A stretch of DNA of 64,000 nucleotides. Origin: Eledone cirrhosa (lineage: Eukaryota). This document shows, one piece after another, positions 29,105 through 42,240 of the stretch; within the stretch, counting starts at the first letter, position 1, and every line of letters begins with the position of its first letter. The DNA lies in NCBI GenBank assembly GCA_964016885.1, contig OZ024740.1:161696001-161760000 (forward strand), in the 5' to 3' direction. The position numbers were made by a program, and so were the translations under genes. The notes beneath the pieces are model-generated. The model searched no databases and had not been told where the DNA came from. It was given only the letters and a program-made list of their open reading frames with translations.

Positions 29105-29275
29105 GTGCCGGTAGAGCGTCAGACACTCTGTTTTGCAATAGTTATTGCCCTTTGCATTCTGAGTTCAAATACCGCCAAGGTTAGTTTTGCCTTTCATCCT
29201 TACGAGGTCGATAAAATAAAGCACCAGTAATGCACTGGGGTCTATTTAATCGACTTTCCCCTCCCCCAAAATTGC
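29105..29275 (+). mobile_element. Nin/Deu-like SINE
   Basis: GAGTTCAAATACCGCC...GCCTTTCATCCTTACGAGGTCGATAAAAT. Confidence 0.7.
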
Positions 29276-29499
29276 TCTTATCTATACAAGATCAAAAATC
29301 TATAAGAGAAAAATAAAAAATCATTATATTTTTGCATAAGGATTTTTTAAATTTAATCATATTCATCTATTCAAAAATAAATAAATAAACCATTAATTAT
29401 ATTATTGTTACTCATGTATAAGTGCACACTTCCAAAGTAAAATTTTCTATCCAACTTATATTTACTAATTATAAAAAAGTTCAGATTTGAATATGTATG

Positions 29500-29621
<122 letters not shown>

Positions 29622-30069
29622 GCTGCAGACGGAAGTTTATAGAGGGTTTGTTCTATATATAGATTGAATGGCTCCGTGTTCTACACATGACAGCAATGAC
29701 CGCCATTCATTACCTGTTGAGCGTGTCAGGAGTGGTCAGTTAGTTTATAGAATGGAGTGACATCTAGCGCCATCTCCAGTCTACAACACCACAAGACAAT
29801 TGACATGCATAGACTGGAAGTCTCCTTTGATAGAAAGGTACATTTTTATTGATGATAGTCAAACTGATTATACGTGGTTTCTCTCTCTCTATATATATAT
29901 ATATAGAGAGAGAGAGAGAAAGAGAGAGGGAGAGGGGGCAGAGATGTGAGAGGGAGAGAGTGCGTGAGTATGTACGTGCCTGTGAGCGTACAGGTAACTT
30001 GCGATTATAATCTTAATGGCTTACCTGAAGCCAGCTCATATAAAAATATATATATATAAAGAGAGAGAG

Positions 30070-30121
<52 letters not shown>

Positions 30122-30123
<2 letters not shown>

Positions 30124-30510
30124 TATTAGATCCCAAATAGATATGATTTTAGCAGCTTGTTAAACTATAGTAGAATTTGAAGGTAGCTTATGGACACGTA
30201 ATAATAAATAATACGCCTAATAATTTCAATATTATAATGGGATCCGGTGATTCAGTCCAAATCACTGATTTAGTCGGATTATATTTACTAATGGAGATAA
30301 GGAAAAATAGCATACTTAAAGGTGCATTGTACTGAGATGGTGCTCTTTTTGTTTTAGAATATATAAAGTACAACATAGAAAGAACTAGAAAATATTTGCA
30401 TAAATTCTTTAAAAGAAGACGTAAATACTAAAATAGTTAACTTCGTAGATGTAACTTTAGATCTTCAAATAGGCACATACAAACGATGCCATAAACCAGG
30501 CGAGCAACAG
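30122..30510 (+). pseudogene. Degenerate Penelope-like (Naiad-type) reverse transcriptase fragment
   Basis: FNIIMGSGDSVQITDLVGLYLL...GALY*DGAL...NTKIVNFVDVTLDLQIGTYKRCHKPGE resembles FDVTMGSYDGAE..ELVGL.LL / GLYRDDG / VNFLDVTL. Confidence 0.7.
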
Positions 30511-30850
30511 CGTCCAACATTGATGTAGTTTTGCATACTTGTTGCGAAAATCAAAACCATTTCTCTGGAAATGGTTTTTAAAATGTTAATAAAAATTGAC
30601 AGCTTTTTAAAGATTGTATTTTGAAGTAATTTTACCGAGAGGTTTTCGTTTTCTTCACTTCACTCTAACAAGAAAAACAACCCGCGGGCTATAAAACAAT
30701 AAATGATCTGTCACTCGTGTGCGTGTGTGTGTGTTTGGTTGTGTATGTGTCTGCGTGTGCGTGTACACGGCTACTTTTCTCAGATAATCAAACTTTCTGG
30801 CAAATGCAAAACCTCAATTTATATGAAACGATATATATATATATATGTGC

Positions 30851-30955
<105 letters not shown>

Positions 30956-31061
30956 ACAAAAACAATGTTCTATCAGGCAATATAAACAAAAGAAACCATC
31001 AAGTAGATGCCTATCATTAGCTACTCCATGTGGCTCAAAACACAGTTTGAAACCTTTAAAC

Positions 31062-31208
31062 TAGGCATAGGCAAACCCTTTCGAGCAATGGGCCACATTG
31101 AGTGTAGCTCATCATAAGGCTGGCGCACTTCTTAAAAGGTCAAGTTATTTTTGAAATTACGTGTGCCTTTCAGAAGGCGGCTCGCAGGCTGCCGTCAGCC
31201 CGTAACTG
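31062..31208. mobile_element. hAT-type MITE
   Basis: Exact 8-bp target duplication CTTTAAAC at 31054-31061 and 31209-31216. Imperfect TIRs TAGGCATAGGCAAAC / GTCAGCCCGTAACTG. Confidence 0.65.
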
Positions 31209-31481
31209 CTTTAAACAATAGAACTGCTGGCCTCACAGGGCCCATCATGATGATATAGGGTAAGTACGACAACCAAGAAAAAGCGGGTAAAAAAGGCAAC
31301 GGAAAAATAGGACAGAAGTCCTTCAACGGGAAAGGGGAGATTAGCTACATAGATGAGAACAAACCACACATACAAACACAAATATATAAGTTTGTTTTAA
31401 TTCGTCGATAGCATGGGTAAGGTGTAGTTTTGTTTGCGTTCTTATTTAGGCAATTGAAGGTATCAGTTATATATATATATA

Positions 31482-31726
31482 CAGGGGGAGCCCCAAAATG
31501 TATACACCATTTTAATAAATATTGCCTGTATAGGTAATCAATGTGCGTTTACATTTTAGGTGATTTTAGAGGCGAGAATTTTTTTATTCGATTTCGAATT
31601 TTCGCCAAGAAAACATAGAATTCAGTTACATATAGATATTTATTTTTCTTATGACAGTCTGAACGAGTTGGGTCTAGAACCCAACGAAACTTAAGTACCT
31701 GTTTATGTCACTGTTCTAACTGGCTG
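31482..31726. mobile_element. Possible Tc1/mariner-derived MITE remnant
   Basis: TA|CAGGGGGAGCCCCAAAATGTATAC start and CTG|TA end. TIR match is weak. Confidence 0.3.
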
Positions 31727-31733
31727 TATATAT

Positions 31734-31770
<37 letters not shown>

Positions 31771-33511
31771 ATTCGTGATTGGAGGGATAGAAAAAAAGAA
31801 CGAAAATAGTAGAGCATCAGGAGTTACATGTTGACATGAGAAGGAAGGGTGGTTGCTGGCTCACTTGGTAGATTGCTGGCTCACTTGCTAGTTGTTATCC
31901 GTCATATACGTACTAGGGACACTAATGATGTTTTTTCTTCTTTTTTTCTTTTTTACATTCTCTCTTTATCAATGAAGCGGTGGTTTGGGACTCAAAAGGT
32001 CACTGGAGATTGGCTTTCACTAATGTTATAGGGGGGGTAGGGATTAAAGTATGAAAGTAATAGTTGTTTGAATTTGAAGTTGAGTGGCTCCTAAAGGGAA
32101 TTCATATCCTTATCCGAAGTGAAAGCTTGGCAGCTAAACTACTACTACCACCACGACTACAACAACAACAACTACTACAGGGAAAATAACTACATGTTAA
32201 TGCGGGGTTATAAGGTCATGTCATACTGACTCCTGGCTTAATCACACCAGAAACGAACCAACGAGGTCGTTCGTTCTGCTAGATATAGCAGCCACATCGC
32301 ACTGTGACGCTCTGGTTCCCAACTTTTTCAATAAGTATCCCTTTTTTTAAATGAATTTTCTCATGAAACTTAGACTATTGAAAATTCTGTCTACTCAACA
32401 TGCCCGTGGACAATCATTACGACCTTTGCGGACCAGAGGATGGAAACAGGGCTACAGTAACAAATATAAACATAGTAGTCACATATATAGGGCGACAAGG
32501 GAAGCGATGCCACATTTTATTCAAATTAAATGTATTTGCAATTCTAAAAATCTTTTTGCAGACTTTATATATGGGAGACACCATAGTCTGTTAAGGGCTT
32601 TTGGCCTTACTCTGCTCTAACGTCTTAAAAATAAAGGACACGGGATAAAGTCGTTATATACAATACTTTCAACCTTACGAAGGATTGGAATAACTTTTAA
32701 TCTGTTTGATAGAGATGACCTGAAGCAAAATAAAAACAACAGCAGTGATATCTATTTTCTTTCGCTGTTGAATGACATGTGTTCCATTTAAACTGACCAA
32801 ACTTTCGAACGCAAACATATGCCCCGCACACACACAATTACACACAAAACTACACATAGTCTGCCCCCTCTCTCTCCTCAACTATCCTTCACACGCACCA
32901 AGTAAATGAAATCGTGTGTGCGTGTGTATGCGTGCAATCAGAATTTTAGAAATAAACAGATCGTCGTATAAAAACATTAATATATTTATTAATATATCTA
33001 ATATTAATATATCTATTTTACCAGAACACATCATGTTTCTGTAAACTAGCCAATTTAATTAAAAATATGCTGCCACGAGCTTGATCTGTCGGAATTAGAT
33101 AAATGTCGCGCCTAATTATTCAGTATTAAGTAAATTCGAGACGATAAAAATAAAAATGTTGAAATTCCATGAAACTTTATAGTAATTCAGGACTTCACAT
33201 TTAATCCATGATGCGGAATACTCAATAAACACAACTGAAGCCCCTGTTTCGAGCTATCAGTATATGGTTTTTTCAATATACATCTAGTAGTGTATTCTTA
33301 GACAGGATTCTACGAAGGTACTCAAGAAACCAATGTTCAGCGCTTTATATTATGTTTAAAAAAAATACATGTCTCGATGGATTCGTAAGGGTGCCGCCCT
33401 GACACACGGCAGGTTTTTAACCTTTTAAGCCTGTCGGAAGGCATTACCCTCCATGTCGAAACACATCCAATTTCATCCAGAAAAAGAAAGTGATTAAGAC
33501 AGAGGAAGAAC

Positions 33512-33669
33512 CAATCCCAGTACTGAGGTGGTACATTATTCATCAATCTCGCAAGGATGAAACGCAAAGTTGGTCTTGCTGAGATTCGAACTCGGAGTAC
33601 AGTAAAACAGAACAAATACCGAAGCATTTGTTAAACCAATACCCTAAAGACTCTGCCAATTTGCCGCCC
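33512..33669 (-). mobile_element. Nin/Deu-like SINE, diverged
   Basis: AGGATGAAACGCAAAGTT...ATTCGAACTC...CTCTGCCAATTTGCCGCC. Confidence 0.6.
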
Positions 33670-33824
33670 TTTATATTATGTAAACAAACTAAAATATAAT
33701 ATCCCCCGGAGTGAGTTCACATAGTCAAATAAGTGTGACTTTTTCTCCCCCACTTCCAAAACACATATCTATTTGTATATGCGCTACAATTCATGTACAT
33801 GTTATGTAGAGACAGATGGGAGTG

Positions 33825-34765
33825 ATAGATATAGATATAGAGAGGTGGAGAGTCTCGTGGCAATTGATATGGAGAGGAAGGTTGGGAGAGTGCGTTGTAT
33901 ATTAGATATAGAGAGAAAGAAAGATTGATGTTTATTGATATAGAGAGGGGGATTGGAAAAAAGTTCCATGTAGTAGATATAGGGAGGGGGGAGTTTAGTG
34001 TTAATTGATATAGAGGGGGGATTCAGTGCGGTAGATATAAAGAGGAGGAGAGTTTGCTATTAATTGATATAGAGAGGCGGATTGGAAGATAGTTCCATGT
34101 AGTAGATATAGGGAGGGAGGAGTTTGGTGTTAATTGGTATAGAGGGGGGAAGAGTTCCGTGTGGTAGATATAGAGAGGGAGGAGTTTGGTGTTAATTGGT
34201 ATAGAGGGGGGAGAGTTCCGTGTGGTAGATATAGAGAGGGAGGAGTTTGGTGTTAATTGGTATAGAGGGGGGAGTTCCGTGTGGTAGATATAGAGAGCGG
34301 GAGAGTTTGGTGTTAATTGATAAAGAGAAGGAGGTTGGTAAAGAGTTCCGTGTAGTAGATATAGAGAGGGGGAGATATTGGTGGTAATGAATAGAGTGAG
34401 AGGATAGATAGAGGTAGGTATTGATAGATATAGAGAGGGTGAGCGTTTGGTAGTGATGGATAGAGTGAGAGGGAATGAGAGAGGGTGTTGAAAGGTAAAT
34501 ATCGGGAGGGGGCTTGGGAGAGTGTGTTGTATATTAGATATAGAGAGGGAGAGATATTGATGTTTATTGATATAGAGTGGGGAGGTTGGGTGAGAGTTCC
34601 GTGTAGTAGATATAGAAAGGGGGAGAGTTTGGCGTCAATTAATATATAGAGGGGCGTTGGGAGAGAGTGTTTTGTACGTTAGATATAGAGAGGCAGAATT
34701 TGGTGGTTGTAGATATAGAGAAAAGGTAATGGGAGAGTGTCGTGTAGTAGACATAGAGAGGGTCC
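33825..34765. repeat. G-rich minisatellite (~57-60-bp dimeric unit of ~29-bp subunits)
   Basis: Recurrent GTAGATATAGAGAGGGAGGAGTTTGGTGTTAATTGGTATAGAGGGGG.AGAGTTCCGTGT. Confidence 0.85.
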
Positions 34766-36415
34766 CCAATAATAGAGGGACGTCCTTAGGAAATCGGTAA
34801 TTGTATTGTTAACGTTCGTAAATATGGGATTTCTTGTAATGTTCTTTTTTTGTTGTATATAATGTTTTTCAATGTAAAATAAAATAATTATACCTGAGAT
34901 TACATGAATTATTGACGGACGTGAGAATGAAAACTCAATACCGAAGTAGAGTTTAAATATTCATTTATTGTGGCTAAGTGATGAGCTTTTTTACTTTGGA
35001 GTTTCACCTGCGTAGTTACATGATCATCAGACATGACTGTGAACCCGTTAGGAAAGGGTACAGCTTATTTTTTTTTTTTTTAGATTATATATATTCATAT
35101 ATAACGAAGGAAGTGTGGTAAGGAACCAGGTGAACCATATATATATATACAGGGACAGTGGAACTGGAACAGTGGGTCCATGCTCCCCCCCCCCTCCCCT
35201 CAATAATTATATTTTTCTCCCCAAACTACCAAAACACATGTCTATTTGGATATGCACCACCATTTATGTACATGTTATGTTTATCGCATATCGAATTTTT
35301 CTGAACCTTTTAGAGTGCAAAGAGCTAAACTAATCACCACAACTAAAACGACCAAATTTGCCCGTAGTTGTTGTTTCTTCGTCCTTGATTTAACTCACCT
35401 CTAGTCAAAGGTGTCCCAATGTAAACGTCTAAACTTATCTTCATTGTCCAATGTATCTTTCCTACATTAAGACAATAGTGTATAATTTGAGTGATATGTC
35501 TTGCTATTTTATATTCATTTATATCATATACATTAACATATTATTTAGTGCATTCAAGTAACAGAGATCCGAAAATTCGATTGCAAATAATATAATTACT
35601 TCCAAATATCTGTTTTAACGACGTTATCACAGGTGGTCTCGTCTAAAAGCAAACTTATACCTGAAGCTATCTAATATAATTCTTTCAACAATCCCAAGGG
35701 CCCACATTGCTGGTGTTTATCTCCAGTTTCTTTAGGTTTCGCGAAGGAGAGAGAAAAAATAAATCGTGCTATAGCAGGTGCCTTTACTCACTGGAGAGAT
35801 TGAACTTAAATAGCACCGAATGCCAACGAAATACTTGTAAAATTTGCTACTCCCGTCTACATACATACATACAGATATATATATATGTGTGTGTGTGTGT
35901 ATACACACATATATATACATATATATATATATGTGTGTGTGTGAGTGTGCGTGTATGTGTGTGTGTGATTGAAACATTACTTTATATTTATACTTTATAT
36001 TTTACTCCAGATCCAATGTGTCCTTTTCTTTTTTTTAAAGCTAATCGGGGGTGTGTTGAGTGAAATTCGACAATATTCCTAGAGAGTCAAAAGACTATGT
36101 GACTCGTTTTGGGACTGTTATTGTCGAGAATGAAGAATGAAACAGTGCATTACAGTGTTTTACTTCGTTTCTTTATCTGATTATTTCCATATATTTAATT
36201 ATTTTCAGGAGATTTTTCCCTTTGTTTTGAACAATTAGAAATTCTGTTTGTGTTCTTCATTATAGCTATCTGAATAAAGATAAAGATTTACAGTCTTCTC
36301 TGCATTAGTCAGTTGTTTATCAATATGAGCTTCCGACTACTTGTATATGTGGATGCATATACAAGTAGTCGGACTACTTGTATATGTGTGTATTTACATT
36401 CATGCATGTACATTT

Positions 36416-36495
<80 letters not shown>

Positions 36496-36525
36496 GTGTG
36501 TGTGTGTTTATATGCGTGCTTATAC

Positions 36526-36557
<32 letters not shown>

Positions 36558-36579
36558 TTATATGCGTGCTTATACATAC

Positions 36580-36670
<91 letters not shown>

Positions 36671-37029
36671 TGTATTCTGTTACATATGTATGTGTTTACG
36701 AATGTATGTGTTCATGCATGTACATATTATATATGTGTGTGTATCTGTATCTATGTACATGCGTGCGTATCTATATATATACTTCATTTTTTATTTGTTT
36801 TGCAAGATTCTTGATGTGAAATTGTATGTTTAAACAGATGTTATAATTTGGGAGGGTCATAATGTCAATAAAAACACACGTACCAGTTCAGTTTTACTTG
36901 TTTTATTCCTTATAACTTTAGCAACTAATCCATACATCGGGAGGCTGAGCAAACAAATGGTTTCTTTCTCAATGACGTCTTTTGCTCTCTGTCTTCTAGT
37001 TTCAACTTCGTTCCAGCTAGTTCTAAAGT

Positions 37030-37303
37030 CTGTAAGCCAGAAGGCTCGTTAGGCCGGTGTTTATCCCGGTTTCATGGCATGATGCGATTGAGTGTACAAG
37101 ACTTCCCCCTGCACAGGACGTCAGTTCGTCGCAGGGTTCAACCCCCAGCTATCGCTGGTACTCATTTTCAGCTGAGTATACAGGAGTAACGTGAAATGAA
37201 GTATTTTGCTCAAGAACACAACACGCAACCCAGTCCAGGAATCGAACCCACGACATTATGGTCGTAATTCCAACACCCTTACCACTAGGCCACGTGCCTC
37301 CGC
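37030..37303 (-). mobile_element. tRNA-derived SINE (third-family head with a different 3' part)
   Basis: Minus-strand head GGCACGTGGCCTAGTGGTAAGG...GGGTTCGATTCC...TTGAGCAAAATACTTCA. Homologous to 55440-55705. Confidence 0.7.
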
Positions 37304-37550
37304 TTACCAGTTAGTTAGTTACTCCATCTTTTATTTACATTATAGATCCTTAGTGAAGATGATGCTTTACATTGACAGCGAACGAGGGGGCTCTTCTAAT
37401 TGCATACTGTGTATGTTTAAGGGTGATGAGGTACGGGATTTGAACGCGAAGCCGAATCGAATAAGGCAAAGCTTTCCATTCGACATACTAGCGATTCTGC
37501 CAATTTACAGCCTACTTACTTGACTTTTTCAATTTTTATTTATAATTATC

Positions 37551-37645
37551 AAGCCTCGCGAGCGAGAACAGCTTTTCCAGCGCGTCTCCCTTACCATCCT
37601 CCAGGGAAACGCCTTCTCTATTCTGTTCGCGGAGGCCAGTGTGTG
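37551..37645 (+). mobile_element. Short 3' fragment of a CRE-clade element
   Basis: Homologous to 39414-39500 (FQRVSLTILQGNAFSILFA). Confidence 0.7.
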
Positions 37646-38007
37646 GGACCCAATTGTTCATAATAGTGAGAGATGGGGAGAGCAGGTGGGACAGGGACAG
37701 TGGGAGTTTGGTTCCTTTGTATCGGACCTGGTGTATATATATGTTTCACAAACACACACTCACACGAATACTGATGTTGTCTTCTGTAAATGTTGTTGTT
37801 GCTGACTTCGGTGTAGTGGTTGTTTTTATTGTTGTCATTGCCAAATTCATACCTAAATTAAAGGTTCTCAAACTTTTCGGGCCACCACCCCCCTCACGGC
37901 CACGTAATGCTCTCAGCGCCCCCAGTCCTATTTCCAGAGAACCCTGTCTACACGCAAATTGTAAATAATATATAATAAATAAAATCGTTAATTTATATAT
38001 AATAACG

Positions 38008-39547
38008 CTTTGGTCCTCTTCCTGCTTGCCCATGGTATAGCCCACATTCCCCGGAGTATCACGCCCCTCTCAATGTTTGGTACATGGATGATGCTACGTT
38101 GGGCGAGCCCATGGAGACTGTCTGCCATGACCTTCAATCGGTGGTTCCTGCCCTGGCCTCCAGGTCAACTCGTCCAAGTCGGAGGTGGTGAATGTCAGCT
38201 ATGATGCTGAGAGCTTTGCAGCCTTCGTCTTGGACGTGCGGTCCATTCTCCACCAGGTACAGGTGACCCCCAAAGAGGATGTCCTCATCCTCGGGTCACC
38301 GATCTACTCGCCGGCCACCGCTCCACCATCAGGTCTAGGCTCCAACAACTCCAGATCCTCACGAGCCGACTGGGCTTGATCGACGGCCACCCGGCTCTCT
38401 TCCTGTTGAGGAACTGCTTCGTCATGCCGAAGCTCCTCTACACCCTTCGCAGCGCTACGTGCTCCAGCCACGCATCTCTCCTCGCTAACCGTGATACATG
38501 TATCCGAGCGGCAGCTACGGAGATATGCAACGTCAGGTTTGACGACATTGGATAGCAACAGGCCACTTTACCTGTCAGTTATGGCGGCCTTGGCCTCCGG
38601 TCCCCGATCTCGCTGGCTTTGCCGGCGTTCCTTTCATCGGAAACCTCATGCCGCGTCCTCGTCAGCAGGGTTCTCCAAAACACAATAGAACCCTCTGTGT
38701 TCAGGGAACGTGATGACTTAGCCCGGTAGACGTCCCCCTCCTTCTCCCCCTACTGACGTTAAGTGCCCCAAAAGCGTATGGGATGCTATCCAGTGCAATC
38801 TGGCCTCAGACAGGCTCACGCGCCAGCTCAACCAGCACCGCCTTGCGTGTTTTCGCGCGGCCTCCAAACCCCACAGTGGTGCCTGGCTCTCCTTCTCCAC
38901 TGGCACGCAGCTGGATAGCGATAGCTGCGCATCGGCGTTTCCCTGAGGCTTGGCCTCCGGATCGCTGTAGATCCACCGTGGACCCTTTCTAACTCCACCC
39001 GCTTTCTTGTCGCCACAGTGCCGGCCGCCTTTCACGCTATGCTGCCCTCCACGAGGTCATTAAGCATGGCTTGAACGCTGCAGGCTTCCCCTCCCAGCTC
39101 AAGCCGGTGGGGCTGGACCGAGGTGACGGCAAAAGGCCAGACGGTATGACCATCTTCCCGTTCCGCGGTGGCAATCCCCTCGTCTGGGATGCCACTTGCA
39201 GCGACACTTTCTCCACCCGCAACCTGGTGCAGTCTGCGACTAACCCAGGTTCTGCTGCACGTCGGGCTGTGGCGGCCAAACTCTCCAAGTACCGGTCGCT
39301 CTCTGACAGGTTTGCGGTCGTGCACTTGGCAGTGGAGACTTCTGGGGCCCTTGGCCCTAGGGCTACCTCCCTATTCACCACCATAGGCGCTGAGCTAGCC
39401 AACCGCAGGTGTGAGCCTCGCGAGTTGGAATGGCTCTTCCAGCGCATCTCCCTTACCATCCTCCGGGGAAACGCCTTCTTCATCCTGTCCGCCGGGGCTG
39501 TGGGGAGGCCAGCACGTGGGATCCCATTTGCTCACCATACGGATTAA
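38008..39547 (+). pseudogene. 5'-truncated, frameshifted CRE-clade non-LTR retrotransposon (RT plus restriction-like endonuclease)
   Basis: NVWYMDDATLG (YMDD at 38081), LILGSPI, PKLLYTLR, QATLPVSYGGLGLR, HSGAWL, DGKRPDG...LVWDATCSDT, VETSGALG, QRISLTILRGNA. GC-rich island. Confidence 0.85.
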
Positions 39548-39596
39548 TAGGCAAAGTTATAAACTATTGTAAATAAACCTTTTTACAAGAAATATA

Positions 39597-39748
39597 ATAA
39601 ATAATATAATATATACTATGTGCAAATAAATAATATAATATATACTATGTGCAAATAAATAATATAATATATACTATGTGCAAATAAATAATATAATATA
39701 TACTATGTGCAAATAAATAATATAATATATACTATGTGCAAATAAATA
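39597..39748. repeat. 29-bp tandem repeat (about 5 copies) at the CRE 3' end
   Basis: Unit AAATAAATAATATAATATATACTATGTGC. Confidence 0.9.
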
Positions 39749-40466
39749 TTATATATTTTATATTTTACTATATTTATATATAATATGTATAATTTGATAT
39801 TTGATATACTATTATATCATCTCTACCGCTCGCACTACCGTTAAGCTCCCCCCCCTCCCGGACTCCCCCCCCCCCCCCCCGGGGACCTTAGCGCCCACTT
39901 TGAGAACCTTTGCCCTAAATTATCAATAAACTAGTTCTCAACACCCAGTGACTAACATACGTATCAACTATTACTTATCCACAATATGGCTAACATATTT
40001 TCAAATTTCAAACTTCCCCAATGTTTTGTATATTAACCTAATGCTTACACCTATTTATTTAGTTTCTATTTGTTTTACTTAAAATGGTTTCCTATATGTC
40101 AAGCGGGCAATGAGCGGAACAAAAGCTTCCATGGGTGGCGGGAAAGAATATAGAGATAACGCAAATAGATGGGTTTGATGCTTCTGAACTATTATCATAT
40201 ATTACTTCTTACCTTCCACAAATCTTGAAGACTAACACTGCCACAAACGAAGTTAAGGATGGTAAGTTTATCTACAATAATATTGCTAGTCGTGTTAACA
40301 GATGCTAAACTGATCTGAAATGGAACGTGAATAGATAGATATACCGACGGGCAGACATACAGATAGGCAGGTAGGTGTTGGGTAGGTTTGTGTGGCTGGA
40401 TGGATGGATACATAGATAGGGAATTTGATATAGATAGAAATAGATAGGTGAGACAGAGAGACAGAC

Positions 40467-40542
<76 letters not shown>

Positions 40543-40547
40543 TAATA

Positions 40548-40967
40548 GATATCTTTCTTTATTTGCCACAGGAGCGTACACAAATGGGACATTACAAGAC
40601 GTGACGGCGGGGGTTTTACATAAAAATAACTTTAACATTAATAAATAACAATAAACTATATATAATAAAATAACATTTGAAATCCCCAATAGGGGGGAAC
40701 GTTACTTCAGGGTTGTTTTACACCCCGTGGATAGAACTACCCTCAACACCAGGAACACGTTTTGTAGGTGTTCCTGTCTTCCCTCTGTTTATCTTCCTGA
40801 ACCTACAGGTTTATATACAGAGAAGGTCCATTCACTCGGGCCATTTTTGCCACATTCACCCACCTTTCAGCGAATTTACTGGGGTGTAGCACCTCTCTTT
40901 CCACTCTCATCTTCCTTCTGAAGTGATACTTAAAGAAGGGGATAAGTTGTTGTCCGGAGAGAAAGGT

Positions 40968-40968
<1 letters not shown>
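40548..40968 (-). mobile_element. 3' end of an L1/Tx1-type retrotransposon inside a (GATA)n array
   Basis: Minus 40968-40803 translates ...FFKYHFRRKMRVEREVLHPSKFAERWVNVAKMARVNGPSLYINL*. The 3' UTR has AATAAA. (GATA)n on both sides. Confidence 0.55.
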
Positions 40969-41056
<88 letters not shown>

Positions 41057-41247
41057 TTGATATAGGTGTATAGAAAAGAACAGAATAGGTGTGTCTGTTT
41101 GAAAAACGAGAGTGGAGTGTTTGTACACGATTCTGAGAAAAATAGACTCAGAGATGCTATGCATATGTGACTTCGAGACTGAAGTGGAAACAATTGAAGT
41201 CATGGTCGTGAGTCAATGGTACAATTAATTCGGCGGAACATTATTTT

Positions 41248-41437
41248 GGTGGATTGGCAGTATCGGTAGAGGGTCGGACGCCATGCTTTGACGCATAGAG
41301 TTACGGCCCTTGCCATTCTGAGTTCAAATCCCGCCGAGGTTAACTTTGCCTTTGATCCTTACGGGGCCGATAAAATAAAGTACCAGTAATGCACTGGGTA
41401 TTTGCTGGCCTTGTGCCAAAACGTAGAAACAATTATT
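41248..41437 (+). mobile_element. Young Nin/Deu-like SINE
   Basis: High similarity to 28815-29004. A partial copy lies at 42727-42842. Confidence 0.8.
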
Positions 41438-41923
41438 TTATCTCAAACGAAGAGAGATACTTAAAACATCAAATTCCTTTCTCCTCCACTTTAAACGAGT
41501 TTCTATTATTTTTTTTTGGGGGGGGGGGGGGGGGCGGGTCCAAATCCCCGAACGTCAGTGTATAATTAATTAATTTACTTGGTCAGTCAAGCAAACTTCC
41601 GACGTTGTTGCGATTTTTTTGTGCTATTTTGTTTTATAAATATCATTTTTCTAGAATGATATATATATATGATAAAGATATTAAAAAGGCCCTAATGTGT
41701 TTTTATTTATTATATATACATGATATATATATGTTATATGTATAGTACACAACAACAAAAAAATTCACATAAAAAAGAGGCTTTTGTGCTTAACCGGTTT
41801 CGCTTAAACAACTTTTCAAAAGGTTTTTCATGTCTAATTTTCTACGTTTCCATTTTTTTTATATTATTGTCGCTTGTTTCAGCCGTTAATGATAGCTAAA
41901 TCTTATCATATATATATATATAT

Positions 41924-42240
41924 ATGATGGCTGCAAACTCTGCTAAGAGTATTGCAATCGCTTGTCAGATTGCAGAAACTGGTGCACTTCCTGTAACAGA
42001 TCCTGAACAAGCAATGGAGAAAGGCCTTGCACTCGACCAGTCTCACTCTCTGAGCATCGAAAACACTACCCGAAAAGGAGAACTGGTCAACATCTTCGGA
42101 TCCTTCCGAAGCTGCAGGGGTTTTCCTTTTTCAGAGTTTCCTTCTCTTAGAAAGGTGTTCTGACAACAACTGGGGCCTTTCACTCCCATGTGAAAAAAAA
42201 GGTACTATTTGGATGGCCGTTGACTCTGCTGAGTTCCTCC
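41924..42240 (-). mobile_element. Probable RTE-type LINE 5' UTR fragment
   Basis: Minus strand TCTAAGAGAAGGAAACTCTGAAAAAGGAAAACCCCTGC resembles RTE 5' UTR motifs. Flanked by microsatellites. Confidence 0.3.

Larger units (their letters stand above)
37859..39912. mobile_element. hAT-type MITE interrupted by a CRE insertion
   Basis: TIRs TAAAGGTTCTCAAA (37859) and TTTGAGAACCTTTG (39912). 8-bp flanks ACCTAAAT / CCCTAAAT match at 7 of 8. Confidence 0.65.

Noticed and set aside
30333-30335. In-frame TGA in the Naiad-like RT as selenocysteine
   Set aside because: It aligns to the Arg of YRDD (CGA to TGA CpG decay) in an otherwise degraded copy.
34985-35040. Minus-strand CTGATGA...GAAAC...GTA hammerhead-like motif (also CCGACGA...GAAAC at ~42510-42550)
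   Set aside because: Stem I cannot be formed. These are probably decayed PLE tails, too weak to annotate.
39597-39748. CRISPR-like array
   Set aside because: It is a spacer-less 29-bp tandem repeat in a eukaryotic context with no cas genes.
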